Shown here one piece after another: positions 18,404 to 31,900 of a stretch of 64,000 bases of DNA (its first letter is position 1; each line of letters starts with the position of its first letter). Source of the stretch: Macrostomum hystrix (Eukaryota > Animalia > Platyhelminthes). Location of the stretch: positions 62,001 through 126,000 of the forward strand of contig CATNEN010000035.1 in NCBI GenBank assembly GCA_950097015.1, given 5' to 3'. The position numbers and the translations under genes are program-made. Below the pieces are notes generated by a model, which was given only the letters and a program-made list of their open reading frames with translations, did not search any database and was not told where the DNA came from.

Positions 18404-18762
18404 CAATAATAATTGCAGGAGGGCTGCGGGCAATGGCACACCATTTGATGACACTAGACCCGTAGCCAGCGAGGAGGCAATTCTGCCCATTTTGCTGACT
18501 CCTGAGCACACACGCGTACACTGTACGCAGGCACACGCTCACACAAGTGTGTACATCTGCCCTGACTTTCTCATCGTCAGGCAGTGTACACTTTCACTGT
18601 GCTTTGTAGGTTGGCCCTCAAGGGCGTAAATTGCACGACAAGCCCCCAAGACTTCTCTCCGCGGCTGCGCCCCAAATAAATGTGTGTGGCCTCTCCGTGG
18701 AATCGAGCTCAGGCACCATGGTGCGAAAGGCAAATGCGTTGACCGCTCTGCCACTCAGCCCC
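18404..18762 (-). mobile_element. SINE family 1, full-length copy
   Basis: The reverse complement aligns end to end with 2941-3310. Confidence 0.85.
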
Positions 18763-18773
18763 TATGGTTTCAC

Positions 18774-21700
18774 CTAGCAATTGTCTTTTTTTGTGGCCCA
18801 GGGAACGCCTGCAACACAGGCGCTGTACTTGCCACACCGCGTCTCGGATGAGCACACGCAGCAGAATATTGTGGTGCATTTTTAGCTGGTAGGTACTCAC
18901 ACTATTCAATTATCAGAGCTGGTAGGTACTCACACTATTCAATTATCAGAGCTGGAATGTACTCACACTATTCAATTATCAGAGCTGGTAGGTACTCACA
19001 CTATTCAATTATCAGAGCTGGAATGTACTCACACTATTCAATTATCAGAGCTGGAATGTACTCACACTATTCAATTATCAGAGCTGGAATGTACTCACAC
19101 TATTCAATTATCAGAGCTGGAATGTACTCACACTATTCAATTATCAGAGCTGGAATGTACTCACACTATTCAATTATCAGAGCTGGAATGTACTCACACT
19201 ATTCAATTATCAGAGCTGGAATGTACTCACACTATTCAATTATCAGAGCTGGTAGGTACTCACACTATTCAATTATCAGAGCTGGAATGTACTCACACTA
19301 TTCAATTATCAGAGCTGGAATGTACTCACACTATTCAATTATCGGAGCTGGAATGTACTCACACTATTCAATTATCAGAGCTGGAATGTACTCACACTAT
19401 TCAATTATCAGAGCTGGAATGTACTCACACTATTCAATTATCAGAGCTGGAATGTACTCACACTATTCAATTATCAGAGCTGGAATGTACTCACACTATT
19501 CAATTATCAGAGCTGGAATGTACTCACACTATTCAATTATCAGAGCTGGAATGTACTCACACTATTCAATTATCAGAGCTGGAATGTACTCACACTATTC
19601 AATTATCAGAGCTGGAATGTACTCACACTATTCAATTATCAGAGCTGGAATGTACTCACACTATTCAATTATCAGAGCTGGAATGTACTCACACTATTCA
19701 ATTATCAGAGCTGGAATGTACTCACACTATTCAATTATCAGAGCTGGAATGTACTCACACTATTCAATTATCAGAGCTGGTAGGTACTCACACTATTCAA
19801 TTATCAGAGCTGGAATGTACTCACACTATTCAATTATCAGAGCTGGAATGTACTCACACTATTCAATTATCAGAGCTGGAATGTACTCACACTATTCAAT
19901 TATCAGAGCTGGAATGTACTCACACTATTCAATTATCAGAGCTGGAATGTACTCACACTATTCAATTATCAGAGCTGGAATGTACTCACACTATTCAATT
20001 ATCAGAGCTGGTAGGTACTCACACTATTCAATTATCAGAGCTGGAATGTACTCACACTATTCAATTATCAGAGCTGGAATGTACTCACACTATTCAATTA
20101 TCGGAGCTGGAATGTACTCACACTATTCAATTATCAGAGCTGGAATGTACTCACACTATTCAATTATCAGAGCTGGAATGTACTCACACTATTCAATTAT
20201 CAGAGCTGGAATGTACTCACACTATTCAATTATCAGAGCTGGAATGTACTCACACTATTCAATTATCAGAGCTGGAATGTACTCACACTATTCAATTATC
20301 AGAGCTGGAATGTACTCACACTATTCAATTATCAGAGCTGGAATGTACTCACACTATTCAATTATCAGAGCTGGAATGTACTCACACTATTCAATTATCA
20401 GAGCTGGAATGTACTCACACTATTCAATTATCAGAGCTGGAATGTACTCACACTATTCAATTATCAGAGCTGGAATGTACTCACACTATTCAATTATCAG
20501 AGCTGGAATGTACTCACACTATTCAATTATCAGAGCTGGAATGTACTCACACTATTCAATTATCGGAGCTGGAATGTACTCACACTATTCAATTATCAGA
20601 GCTGGAATGTACTCACACTATTCAATTATCAGAGCTGGAATGTACTCACACTATTCAATTATCAGAGCTGGAATGTACTCACACTATTCAATTATCAGAG
20701 CTGGAATGTACTCACACTATTCAATTATCAGAGCTGGAATGTACTCACACTATTCAATTATCAGAGCTGGAATGTACTCACACTATTCAATTATCAGAGC
20801 TGGAATGTACTCACACTATTCAATTATCAGAGCTGGAATGTACTCACACTATTCAATTATCAGAGCTGGAATGTACTCACACTATTCAATTATCAGAGCT
20901 GGAATGTACTCACACTATTCAATTATCAGAGCTGGAATGTACTCACACTATTCAATTATCAGAGCTGGAATGTACTCACACTATTCAATTATCAGAGCTG
21001 GAATGTACTCACACTATTCAATTATCAGAGCTGGAATGTACTCACACTATTCAATTATCGGAGCTGGAATGTACTCACACTATTCAATTATCAGAGCTGG
21101 AATGTACTCACAGTATTCAATAATCAGAGCTGGAATGTACTCACACTATTCAATTATCAGAGCTGGAATGTACTCACACTATTCAATTATCGGAGCTGGA
21201 ATGTACTCACACTATTCAATTATCAGAGCTGGAATGTACTCACACTATTCAATTATCAGAGCTGGAATGTACTCACAGTATTCAATTATCAGAGCTGGAA
21301 TGTACTCACACTATTCAATTATCAGAGCTGGAATGTACTCACACTATTCAATTATCAGAGCTGGAATGTACTCACACTATTCAATTATCGGAGCTGGAAT
21401 GTACTCACACTATTCAATTATCAGAGCTGGAATGTACTCACACTATTCAATTATCAGAGCTGGAATGTACTCACACTATTCAATTATCAGAGCTGGAATG
21501 TACTCACACTATTCAATTATCAGAGCTGGAATGTACTCACACTATTCAATTATCAGAGCTGGAATGTACTCACACTATTCAATTATCAGAGCTGGAATGT
21601 ACTCACACTATTCAATTATCAGAGCTGGAATGTACTCACACTATTCAATTATCAGAGCTGGAATGTACTCACACTATTCAATTATCAGAGCTGGAATGTA

Positions 21701-24700
21701 CTCACACTATTCAATTATCGGAGCTGGAATGTACTCACACTATTCAATTATCAGAGCTGGAATGTACTCACACTATTCAATTATCAGAGCTGGAATGTAC
21801 TCACACTATTCAATTATCAGAGCTGGAATGTACTCACACTATTCAATTATCAGAGCTGGAATGTACTCACACTATTCAATTATCAGAGCTGGAATGTACT
21901 CACACTATTCAATTATCAGAGCTGGAATGTACTCACACTATTCAATTATCAGAGCTGGAATGTACTCACACTATTCAATTATCAGAGCTGGAATGTACTC
22001 ACACTATTCAATTATCAGAGCTGGAATGTACTCACACTATTCAATTATCAGAGCTGGAATGTACTCACACTATTCAATTATCAGAGCTGGAATGTACTCA
22101 CACTATTCAATTATCAGAGCTGGAATGTACTCACACTATTCAATTATCAGAGCTGGAATGTACTCACACTATTCAATTATCAGAGCTGGAATGTACTCAC
22201 ACTATTCAATTATCGGAGCTGGAATGTACTCACACTATTCAATTATCAGAGCTGGAATGTACTCACAGTATTCAATAATCAGAGCTGGAATGTACTCACA
22301 CTATTCAATTATCAGAGCTGGAATGTACTCACACTATTCAATTATCGGAGCTGGAATGTACTCACACTATTCAATTATCAGAGCTGGAATGTACTCACAC
22401 TATTCAATTATCAGAGCTGGAATGTACTCACAGTATTCAATTATCAGAGCTGGAATGTACTCACACTATTCAATTATCAGAGCTGGAATGTACTCACACT
22501 ATTCAATTATCAGAGCTGGAATGTACTCACACTATTCAATTATCGGAGCTGGAATGTACTCACACTATTCAATTATCAGAGCTGGAATGTACTCACACTA
22601 TTCAATTATCAGAGCTGGAATGTACTCACACTATTCAATTATCAGAGCTGGAATGTACTCACACTATTCAATTATCAGAGCTGGAATGTACTCACACTAT
22701 TCAATTATCAGAGCTGGAATGTACTCACACTATTCAATTATCAGAGCTGGAATGTACTCACACTATTCAATTATCAGAGCTGGAATGTACTCACACTATT
22801 CAATTATCAGAGCTGGAATGTACTCACACTATTCAATTATCAGAGCTGGAATGTACTCACACTATTCAATTATCAGAGCTGGAATGTACTCACACTATTC
22901 AATTATCAGAGCTGGAATGTACTCACACTATTCAATTATCAGAGCTGGAATGTACTCACACTATTCAATTATCAGAGCTGGAATGTACTCACACTATTCA
23001 ATTATCAGAGCTGGAATGTACTCACACTATTCAATTATCAGAGCTGGAATGTACTCACAGTATCCAATTATCAGAGCTGGAATGTACTCACACTATTCAA
23101 TTATCAGAGCTGGAATGTACTCACAGTATCCAATTATCAGAGCTGGAATGTACTCACACTATTCAATTATCAGAGCTGGAATGTACTCACAGTATCCAAT
23201 TATCAGAGCTGGAATGTACTCACACTATTCAATTATCAGAGCTGGAATGTACTCACATTATTCAGGTATCAGAGCTGGAATGTACTCACACTATTCAATT
23301 ATCAGAGCTGGAATGTACTCACAGTATCCAATTATCAGAGCTGGAATGTACTCACACTATTCAATTATCAGAGCTGGAATGTACTCACACTATTCAATTA
23401 TCAGAGCTGGAATGTACTCACACTATTCAATTATCAGAGCTGGAATGTACTCACAGTATTCAATTATCAGAGCTGGAATGTACTCACACTATTCAATTAT
23501 CAGAGCTGGAATGTACTCACACTATTCAATTATCGGAGCTGGAATGTACTCACACTATTCAATTATCAGAGCTGGAATGTACTCACACTATTCAATTATC
23601 AGAGCTGGAATGTACTCACAGTATTCAATTATCAGAGCTGGAATGTACTCACACTATTCAATTATCAGAGCTGGAATGTACTCACACTATTCAATTATCA
23701 GAGCTGGAATGTACTCACACTATTCAATTATCGGAGCTGGAATGTACTCACACTATTCAATTATCAGAGCTGGAATGTACTCACACTATTCAATTATCAG
23801 AGCTGGTAGGTACTCACACTATTCAATTATCAGAGCTGGAATGTACTCACACTATTCAATTATCGGAGCTGGAATGTACTCACACTATTCAATTATCAGA
23901 GCTGGAATGTACTCACAGTATTCAATTATCAGAGCTGGAATGTACTCACACTATTCAATTATCAGAGCTGGAATGTACTCACACTATTCAATTATCGGAG
24001 CTGGAATATACTCACACTATTCAATTATCAGAGCTGGAATGTACTCACAGTATCCAATTATCAGAGCTGGAATGTACTCACACTATTCAATTATCAGAGC
24101 TGGAATGTACTCACACTATTCAATTATCAGAGCTGGAATGTACTCACACTATTCAATTATCAGAGCTGGAATGTACTCACACTATTCAATTATCAGAGCT
24201 GGTAGGTACTCACACTATTCAATTATCAGAGCTGGAATGTACTCACACTATTCAATTATCAGAGCTGGAATGTACTCACACTATTCAATTATCAGAGCTG
24301 GAATGTACTCACACTATTCAATTATCAGAGCTGGAATGTACTCACACTATCCAATTATCAGAGCTGGAATGTACTCACACTATTCAATTATCAGAGCTGG
24401 AATGTACTCACACTATTCAATTATCAGAGCTGGAATGTACTCACAGTATCCAAGCATACTTCGTAAATGATCTGCATTCTGTGGGCTAGCCCAGAGCGCA
24501 ACTCAATGCTAACCACTGTAACCGCTGTACAATGTGTCATTCCAGAGCTTAACGAATGCCAAATTTCGGCCCATGGTATAAAAGACTCGAGTTAAAAACT
24601 GTGAGCAGTGCGCCAGCTAATCATAATTTCTGATTTTTAATGGTCTAAGGCAAGAGTTGCTTGGTCAAAGAAGAAATTTAATCTCGACCTGAGCGCTTTC

Positions 24701-24793
24701 CTGCACTCGGCCAGCGATAAGAGAGAGGGACTTGGACAAGTTCAGAGCGAAATTTTCAGTAGATAACGTTTGCAGACAGCCAGTGAGTTTTGT
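18774..24793 (-). pseudogene. Possible GLTP-domain (glycolipid/ceramide-1-phosphate transfer protein)-like gene or pseudogene
   Basis: Candidate exons 24689..24793, 24445..24598 and about 18774..18885, each with AG/GT ends. Translations CLQTLSTENFAL, TRVFYTMGRNLAFVKLWNDTL and EVCLDT|LKMHHNILLRVLIRDAV resemble consecutive GLTP/CPTP/HET-C2 helices. The model needs a 1-nt frameshift or a 52-nt intron. Similarity was judged by eye only. Confidence 0.35.
18884..24453. repeat. 33-bp minisatellite array, about 169 copies
   Basis: Unit ctggaatgtactcacactattcaattatcagag, with a few recurring single-site variants. Confidence 0.99.
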
Positions 24794-24884
24794 CTGAAAT
24801 CTGACAAATTAAAAATGAATTTTAATTGCTAAAACTGAAAAAAAGAAAACAAGTTGAAACTTTAGAACAGGAGACGCTACTGCA

Positions 24885-25163
24885 ATGTCTGCCATGACAA
24901 CGCCTGACCCGACCACGCCACGCCTCGCCAGTCCTGGACCAACTCAGTTTGTCTTGGCCACTCCCGATAGGATAGTGATTGTGATCTTCATCGGCATCGC
25001 CCTGGTCGCCCTGTCCTTGGTGACCTGCACCATAACCCACCTGCGCCGTTCGGCGTTCGCTCGTAAACTGCGCTGTCCCGGTAAAGGAAGGCCGTACACT
25101 GTCAACTCGCCCAAGGCGGAGCCGGAGTCAGCAGCCGATGACGCGGAGGCTGGCACTGACTGA
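24885..25163 (+). CDS. Putative small single-pass membrane protein (92 aa)
   Basis: ATG-initiated, GC-rich ORF with a Thr/Pro-rich N-terminus, one hydrophobic span (IVIVIFIGIALVALSLVTCTI), a basic juxtamembrane segment and an acidic tail. No recognised family. Confidence 0.45.
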   Translation: MSAMTTPDPTTPRLASPGPTQFVLATPDRIVIVIFIGIALVALSLVTCTITHLRRSAFARKLRCPGKGRPYTVNSPKAEPESAADDAEAGTD

Positions 25164-25995
25164 ACACTTTCTCATTGCACTCTGTGAAGCCTTCAAATAT
25201 AGCTTGCTCGGCCCTTTGCTGAACTGTTCCAGTAGTATCTCCGTTTGGACCTCTGCTGTTATTTTCTATTCTCTCCACACTTCCCACCGTCCGTCTGTCT
25301 GTTTTTCTTCGTACAGTAAGTTTAGCCATAGAGTCTTGTGTAAATACAGTAGGCATAGCTGCATAACTTGTCTATAAACTTAGCAACCGTCAAGTGAAAT
25401 TCGAAAACGGAAAATAAAATTCTAGTTTATTTCCCCTGAGCCGAAGCTGCGGAAGTTTGTTATATTTCAATGGGCAGTTATATCATTTTTTGTTGCTAAA
25501 TTGTTATTGTTTTTTACAAACAAAATTGCCTGTTTTTTAGTCGAGCAGGTTGAAAATTTAGCTAAATTCTAAGAATATCACAGGGCGCTAAAAGTAGTAT
25601 TGGGTAGATCGAGTTCGAGATTTTGGAGCAAAACAAGAGAAAAATAAAAAGTGCAATTAAAAAATTTGATAACATGTTTTATAGCTAAATAAAGATTTTT
25701 TTAAACAAGCACAAAAATTAATCGGACAACAGAACCTCAAAGAATGAGTTAAATAAATATTTGAATTTGGAATACAGATTAAGAAATGACTTTCGAAAAT
25801 TGTTGGCTAATTTAGTTTTTTTACAAATGATGGGTATTTATTTACAAATAAAAACTGCAAGGCATATTATTGTCTAGAGATAACAGGAAAACACACCACA
25901 TCTTAAGTTTCTTGAGTGATAACTTAGCGAAAAAAAAATTTGTTTGACAGTTACACAGTTACACACATAGTACAGTGTCCTGCCAGTCTTAAACT

Positions 25996-28900
25996 TTAGG
26001 CGCTGCTCTCACCGTGGCGACTCGCCTGTAGGCCCGGTCTGGGCGCCCCGGCTCCGCCGGCCACGATGATGGCCAGGTCGCGCAGCGTGGACTTAATGCC
26101 GCTCAGCTCCTCTTGCAGGGTGCGCTCCAGGGTGCCGATGCGATCGCTCAGACGCTTGTGGTGCGACTGCGGGGTGGTGGGTTTGTGGGGTGGTGGGTTG
26201 GTGGGGTGGTGGGTTCTTGGGGTGTTGGGTTCTTGGGGTAGTGGGATGTTGGTGTGGTGGGTTTTGGTATAGTGGATTTTTGGGGTCGTGGGTTCTTGGG
26301 GTGTTGGGTTCTTGGGGTGGTGGGTTTTTGGGGTGGTGGGTTCTTGGGGTCGTGGGTTCTTGGGGTGTTGGGTTCTTGGGGTCGTGGGTTCTTGGGGTGT
26401 TGGGTTTTTGGGGTGGTGGGTTCTTGGGGTCGTGGGTTCTTGGGGTGTTGGGTTCTTGGGGTGTTGGGTTCTTGGGGTGGTGGGTTCTTGGGGTCGTGGG
26501 TTCTTGGGGTGTTGGGTTCTTGGGGTGTTGGGTTTTTGGGGTGGTGGGTTCTTGGGGTCGTGGGTTGTTGGGGTGTTGGGTTCTTGGGGTGTTGGGTTCT
26601 TGGGGTGGTGGGTTCTTGGGGTGTTGGGTTCTTGGGGTGGTGGGTTCTTGGGGTGTTGGGTTCTTGGGGTGGTGGGTTCTTGTGGTGTGGTGGGTTTGTG
26701 GTGTGGTGGGTTTGTGGGGTGGTGGGTTTGTAGGTTGACTGGTCTCTGCGGCTTTTATTAATTTTTATTCTTGGTCCTTGGAGACGAGCGAAACTTTCCA
26801 ACAAAATATTGCTTCTGAAGAAGTATTGATGTTGCATGGATTCAGAAAACCATCTAGCTTGTGTCGAAGTAATTTATTTACCTCGGCAGACAGTCCCGAT
26901 TGCCGCGCCTGTCGCCCTCCGCCGTCAACCGAGTCGACGCCCGGAGGTTCATTTTCGACCGGTTTGGCGATTGATTCAGCTTCTTCTTCATCCGAGTCAT
27001 AAATCTCAGCCTCATAGATGTGGTCGAATTTGTCCTTGATTTCCTCCATTGTTTCCTAAAAAGCAAATAATTAAAGCTAAATTTACCAATGAAAAAATTT
27101 CATAGTTCACAGAATTTCACAGTTCACAGAATTTCACAGTTCACAGAATTTCACAGTTCACAGAATTTCACAGTTCACAGAATTTCACAGTTCACAGAAT
27201 TACACAGTTCACAGAATTACACAGTTCACAGAATTACACAGTTCACAGAATTTCACAGTTCACAGAATTTCACAGTTCACAGAATTTCACAGTTCACAGA
27301 ATTACACAGTTCACAGAATTTCACAGTTCACAGAATTTCACAGTTCACAGAATTTCATAGTTCACAGAATTACACAGTTCACAGAATTTCACAGTTCACA
27401 GAATTTCACAGTTCACAGAATTTCATAGTTCACAGAATTACACAGTTCACAGAATTACACAGTTCACAGAATTTCACAGTTCACAGAATTACACAGTTCA
27501 CAGAATTACACAGTTCACAGAATTACACAGTTCACAGAATTTCACAGTTCACAGAATTACACAGTTCACAGACTTTCACAGTTCACAGAATTACACAGTT
27601 CACAGAATTACACAGTTCACAGAATTACACAGTTCACAGACTTTCACAGTTCACAGAATTACACAGTTCACAGAATTACACAGTTCACAGAATTTCACAG
27701 TTCACAGAATTACACAGTTCACAGACTTTCACAGTTCACAGAATTACACAGTTCACAGACTTACACAGTTCACAGAATTTCACAGTTCACAGAATTACAC
27801 AGTTCACAGAATTACACAGTTCACAGAATTACACAGTTTACAGAATTTCACAGTTCACAGAATTTCACAGTTCACAGAATTTCACAGTTCACAGAATTAC
27901 ACAGTTCACAGAATTACACAGTTCACAGAATTTCACAGTTCACAGAATTACACAGTTCACAGAATTTCACAGTTCACAGAATTTCACAGTTCACAGAATT
28001 TCACAGTTCACAGAATTTCACAGTTCACAGAATTACACAGTTCACAGAATTACACAGTTCACAGAATTTCACAGTTCACAGAATTTCACAGTTCACAGAA
28101 TTTCATAGTTCACAGAATCCACAGAATTCACACAATTCACACAATTTACCCGAATCTGCAGCGTGGCCTTCTGCAACTCCTCCGCCTGGTTGACATCCGT
28201 GACGTCATCATCGTATGACTTCTCCATCGGGTGACACCCCTCCAGCTCCTTGTGGTAGGCCGTGCGGCTGCGCAGTAGCATGCCCTCATAGTAGGAGTTC
28301 AAAGTGATGGCCTTTTGCATGATGGCCGCAGCCTTGGCGTTGTCGTATACTCTGGGGTGTTTTAGGGATAAATAACAATAACTTTTAACCTTATCCCCTC
28401 AGTTTAGATTTTATACCCTCCAAGTGTAATCCCTTGATCGTTTTAAGTGTAATCCCTTAATCATTTCAAGTGTAATCCCTTGATCATTTCAAGTGTAATC
28501 CCTTGATCATTTTAAGTGTAATCCCCTCAGTTCAAGCATAATCCCTTCAGTTAAATTGTAATCCCCCCAGTTCAAGTGTAATCCCCAGTTCAAGTGTAAT
28601 CCCCTACATGATATGCAGCCATTTTAGTGTGTGTAAATTTCAAGTTTAACTCGCGCAAGTTAAAATGCTCTCAATAGAAGAACAAAGGATTTGTGGTGCT
28701 TTACTGCTTAAATGACTCAGACAGTTGGGCTATGAACAGGTTGAGAAACAGGATGGTCGATACGGCGAACCAGATGCCGAGAAGAATCTGCGCCGTGATC
28801 TGGTCGATGGACACCATGCCCTGCAATTAGGCGATGGGAAAAGCTGGCGCGTAGCTTTTATTGTAATCACACCACATTCACACCAACCCACATTCACACC

Positions 28901-31900
28901 AACCCACATTCACACCAACCCACATTCACACCAACCCACATTCACACCAACCCAAATTCACACCAACCCACATTCACACCAACACACATTCACACCAACC
29001 CACATTCACACCAACCCACATTCACACCAACATACATTCACACCAACCCACATTCACACCAACCCACATTCACACCAACACACATTCACACCAACCCACA
29101 AACACACCAACCCACAAACACACCAACCCACAAACACACCAACACACATTCACACCAACCCACATTCACACCAACCCACATTCACACCAACCCAAATTCA
29201 CACCAACCCACATTCACACCAACACACATTCACACCAACCCACATTCACACCAACCCACAAACACACCAACCCACATTCACACCAACCCACATTCACACC
29301 AACATACATTCACACCAACCCACATTCACACCAACCCACATTCACACCAACATACATTCACACCAACCCACATTCACACCAACCCACAAACACACCAACC
29401 CACATTCACACCAACCCACATTCACACCAACCCACAAACACACCAACACACATTCACACCAACCCACAAACACACCAACCCACATTCACACCAAACCACA
29501 TTCACCTTAACACACATTCACACCAACCCACATTCACACCAACCCACATTCACACCAACCCACAAACACACCAACCCACATTCACACCAAACCACATTCA
29601 CCCCAACACACATTCACAACAACCCACATTCACACCAACCCAAAAACACACCAACCCACATTCACACCAACCCACATTCACACCAACCCACATTCACACC
29701 AACCCACAAACAAACTGAATCACAAGTACACAAACAGAGTCCTGTAGGGCTTAAAGATATAGTTTAAATTTAATAAAAATTGACGAATGCCTTGATATTA
29801 GATAGCTAAAACTCGGGGAAAATAGTCAAGTCCGCAGACAAACCGCATAGTCATAGTCGTCAACCAATGTGATGCGGAACACGGTGAAAAGCAGGTCGTT
29901 GACTTTGCCGAAATTCTGCACCGTCACCTTGGTCAGGTTGTAGGCTGTGTAATTGTTCAGCGTGCCAGACTGTTGGACGTCGCCCTCTTTGAGATTGTTC
30001 TCACCGCCCAGGATGGTCCAGAAGATGCAGGCTGACGGTGTGAGCGGGATGCTGATATGCACCGGGGTTCTTATTTACTGCGCTGGCCACACTGAGAATC
30101 GGATTTACACGGGAATTGAGACACGGGAGAGATGATATAGGGGAGAGATGAGACAGTGGAGAGATGATATAGGGGAGAGATGAGACAGTGGAGAGATGAT
30201 ATAGGGGAGAGATGAGACAGTGGAGAGATGATATAGGGGAGAGATGAGACAGTGGAGAGATGATATAGGGGAGAGATGAGACAGTGGAGAGATGATATAG
30301 GGAAGAGATGAGACAGTGGAGAGATGATATAGGGGAGAGATGAGACAGTGGAGAGATGAGACAGTGGAGAGATGAGACAGGTGAGAGATGAGACAGTCGA
30401 GAGATAAGACAGTGGAGAGACGAGACAGTGGAGAGACGAGACAGTGGAGAGATGAGACAGGGGAGAGATGAGACAGGGGAGAGATGAGACAGAGGAGAGA
30501 TGAGACAGGGGAGAGATGAGACAGGGGAGAGACGAGACAGGGGAGAGATGAGACAGGGGAGAGATGAGACAGGGGAGAGATGACACAGGAAAGAGATGAG
30601 ACAGGAGAGAGATGAGACAGAGGAGAGATGAGACAGGGGAGAGATGAGACAGGGGAGAGATGACACAGGGGAGAGATGAGACAGGGGAGAGATGACACAG
30701 GGGAGAGATGAGACAGGGGAGAGATAAGACAGTGGAGAGACGAGACAGAGGAGAGACGAGACAGGGGAGAGACGAGACAGGGGAGATACGAGACAGGGGA
30801 GAGACGAGACAGGGGAGAGATGAGACAGGGGAGAGATGAGACAGAGGAGAGATGAGACAGGGGAGAGATGAGACAGGGGAGAGACGAGACAGGGGAGAGA
30901 TGAGACAGGGGAGAGATGAGACACGGGAGAGATGAGACAGGGGAGAGATGAGACAGAGGAGAGATGAGACAGGGGAGAGATGAGACAGGGGAGAGACGAG
31001 ACAGGGGAGAGATGAGACAGGGGAGAGATGAGACAGGAAAGAGATGAGACAGGAGAGAGATGAGACAGAGGAGAGATGAGACAGGGGAGAGATGAGACAG
31101 GGGAGAGATGACACAGGAAAGAGATGAGACAGGAGAGAGATGAGACAGGGGAGAGATGAGACAGGAAAGAGATGAGACAGGAGAGAGATGAGACAGAGGA
31201 GAGATGAGACAGGGGAGAGATGAGACAGGGGAGAGATGACACAGGAAAGAGATGAGACAGGAGAGAGATGAGACAGGGGAGAGATGAGACAGGAAAGAGA
31301 TGAGACAGGAGAGAGATGAGACAGGGGAGAGATGAGACAGGAAAGAGATGAGACAGGAGAGAGATGAGACAGGAGAGAGATGAGACAGTCAACAGATGAG
31401 AAAGGTCGAAGGTGCTCAAGAGTGAAAAGAGCACGTGGGGATTTCAAATACAAACTCGTTTCTTTTTTCTGCAACTCCCAAAGTATTCAACCATTCGCCC
31501 TGAAAATCCAGAACAGGGGCTAAAATTTTCCGCTCTATCTGATGCGACAACTTCCAGAATCGCAAAACATCGACATCGTCGAGATGTTCATCGATTTTTT
31601 GACGGCTTTGAAAGTTAGTTCATCGAAAAGGGCGAAAAATTTGATTCTGATTGTTGACTTTCACGAAATTCATTGGGTTTGGGAGCTGTCGTGAAGTAGG
31701 CAGCGGGTTTTTGTTGAAGGTTCATGAGCTTCGAGGGCCGCATTTGGCCTGCGGGCTGGAGTTTGCCGACTCACAGAAAGGCACCAGAAACTCCAGATAA
31801 AGCAGGAAGAATTTGAGCAGGTCTCCAGCGATCATGCCCAGCATGACGATGAAAGGGCCGCAGAACTCAAACGGCTTGGCGTATTTGAGCAGCCTCATCC

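Noticed and set aside
18884-24453. CRISPR-like array
   Set aside because: The units are head-to-tail with no unique spacers, there are no cas genes, and the context is eukaryotic.
18957-24470. 1837-aa ORF of (MYSHYSIIRAG)n as a real repetitive protein
   Set aside because: It is the one stop-free frame of a 33-bp satellite. Nearly all recurrent variants change the amino acid (M>R, R>G, H>Q, S>P), so there is no sign of coding constraint.
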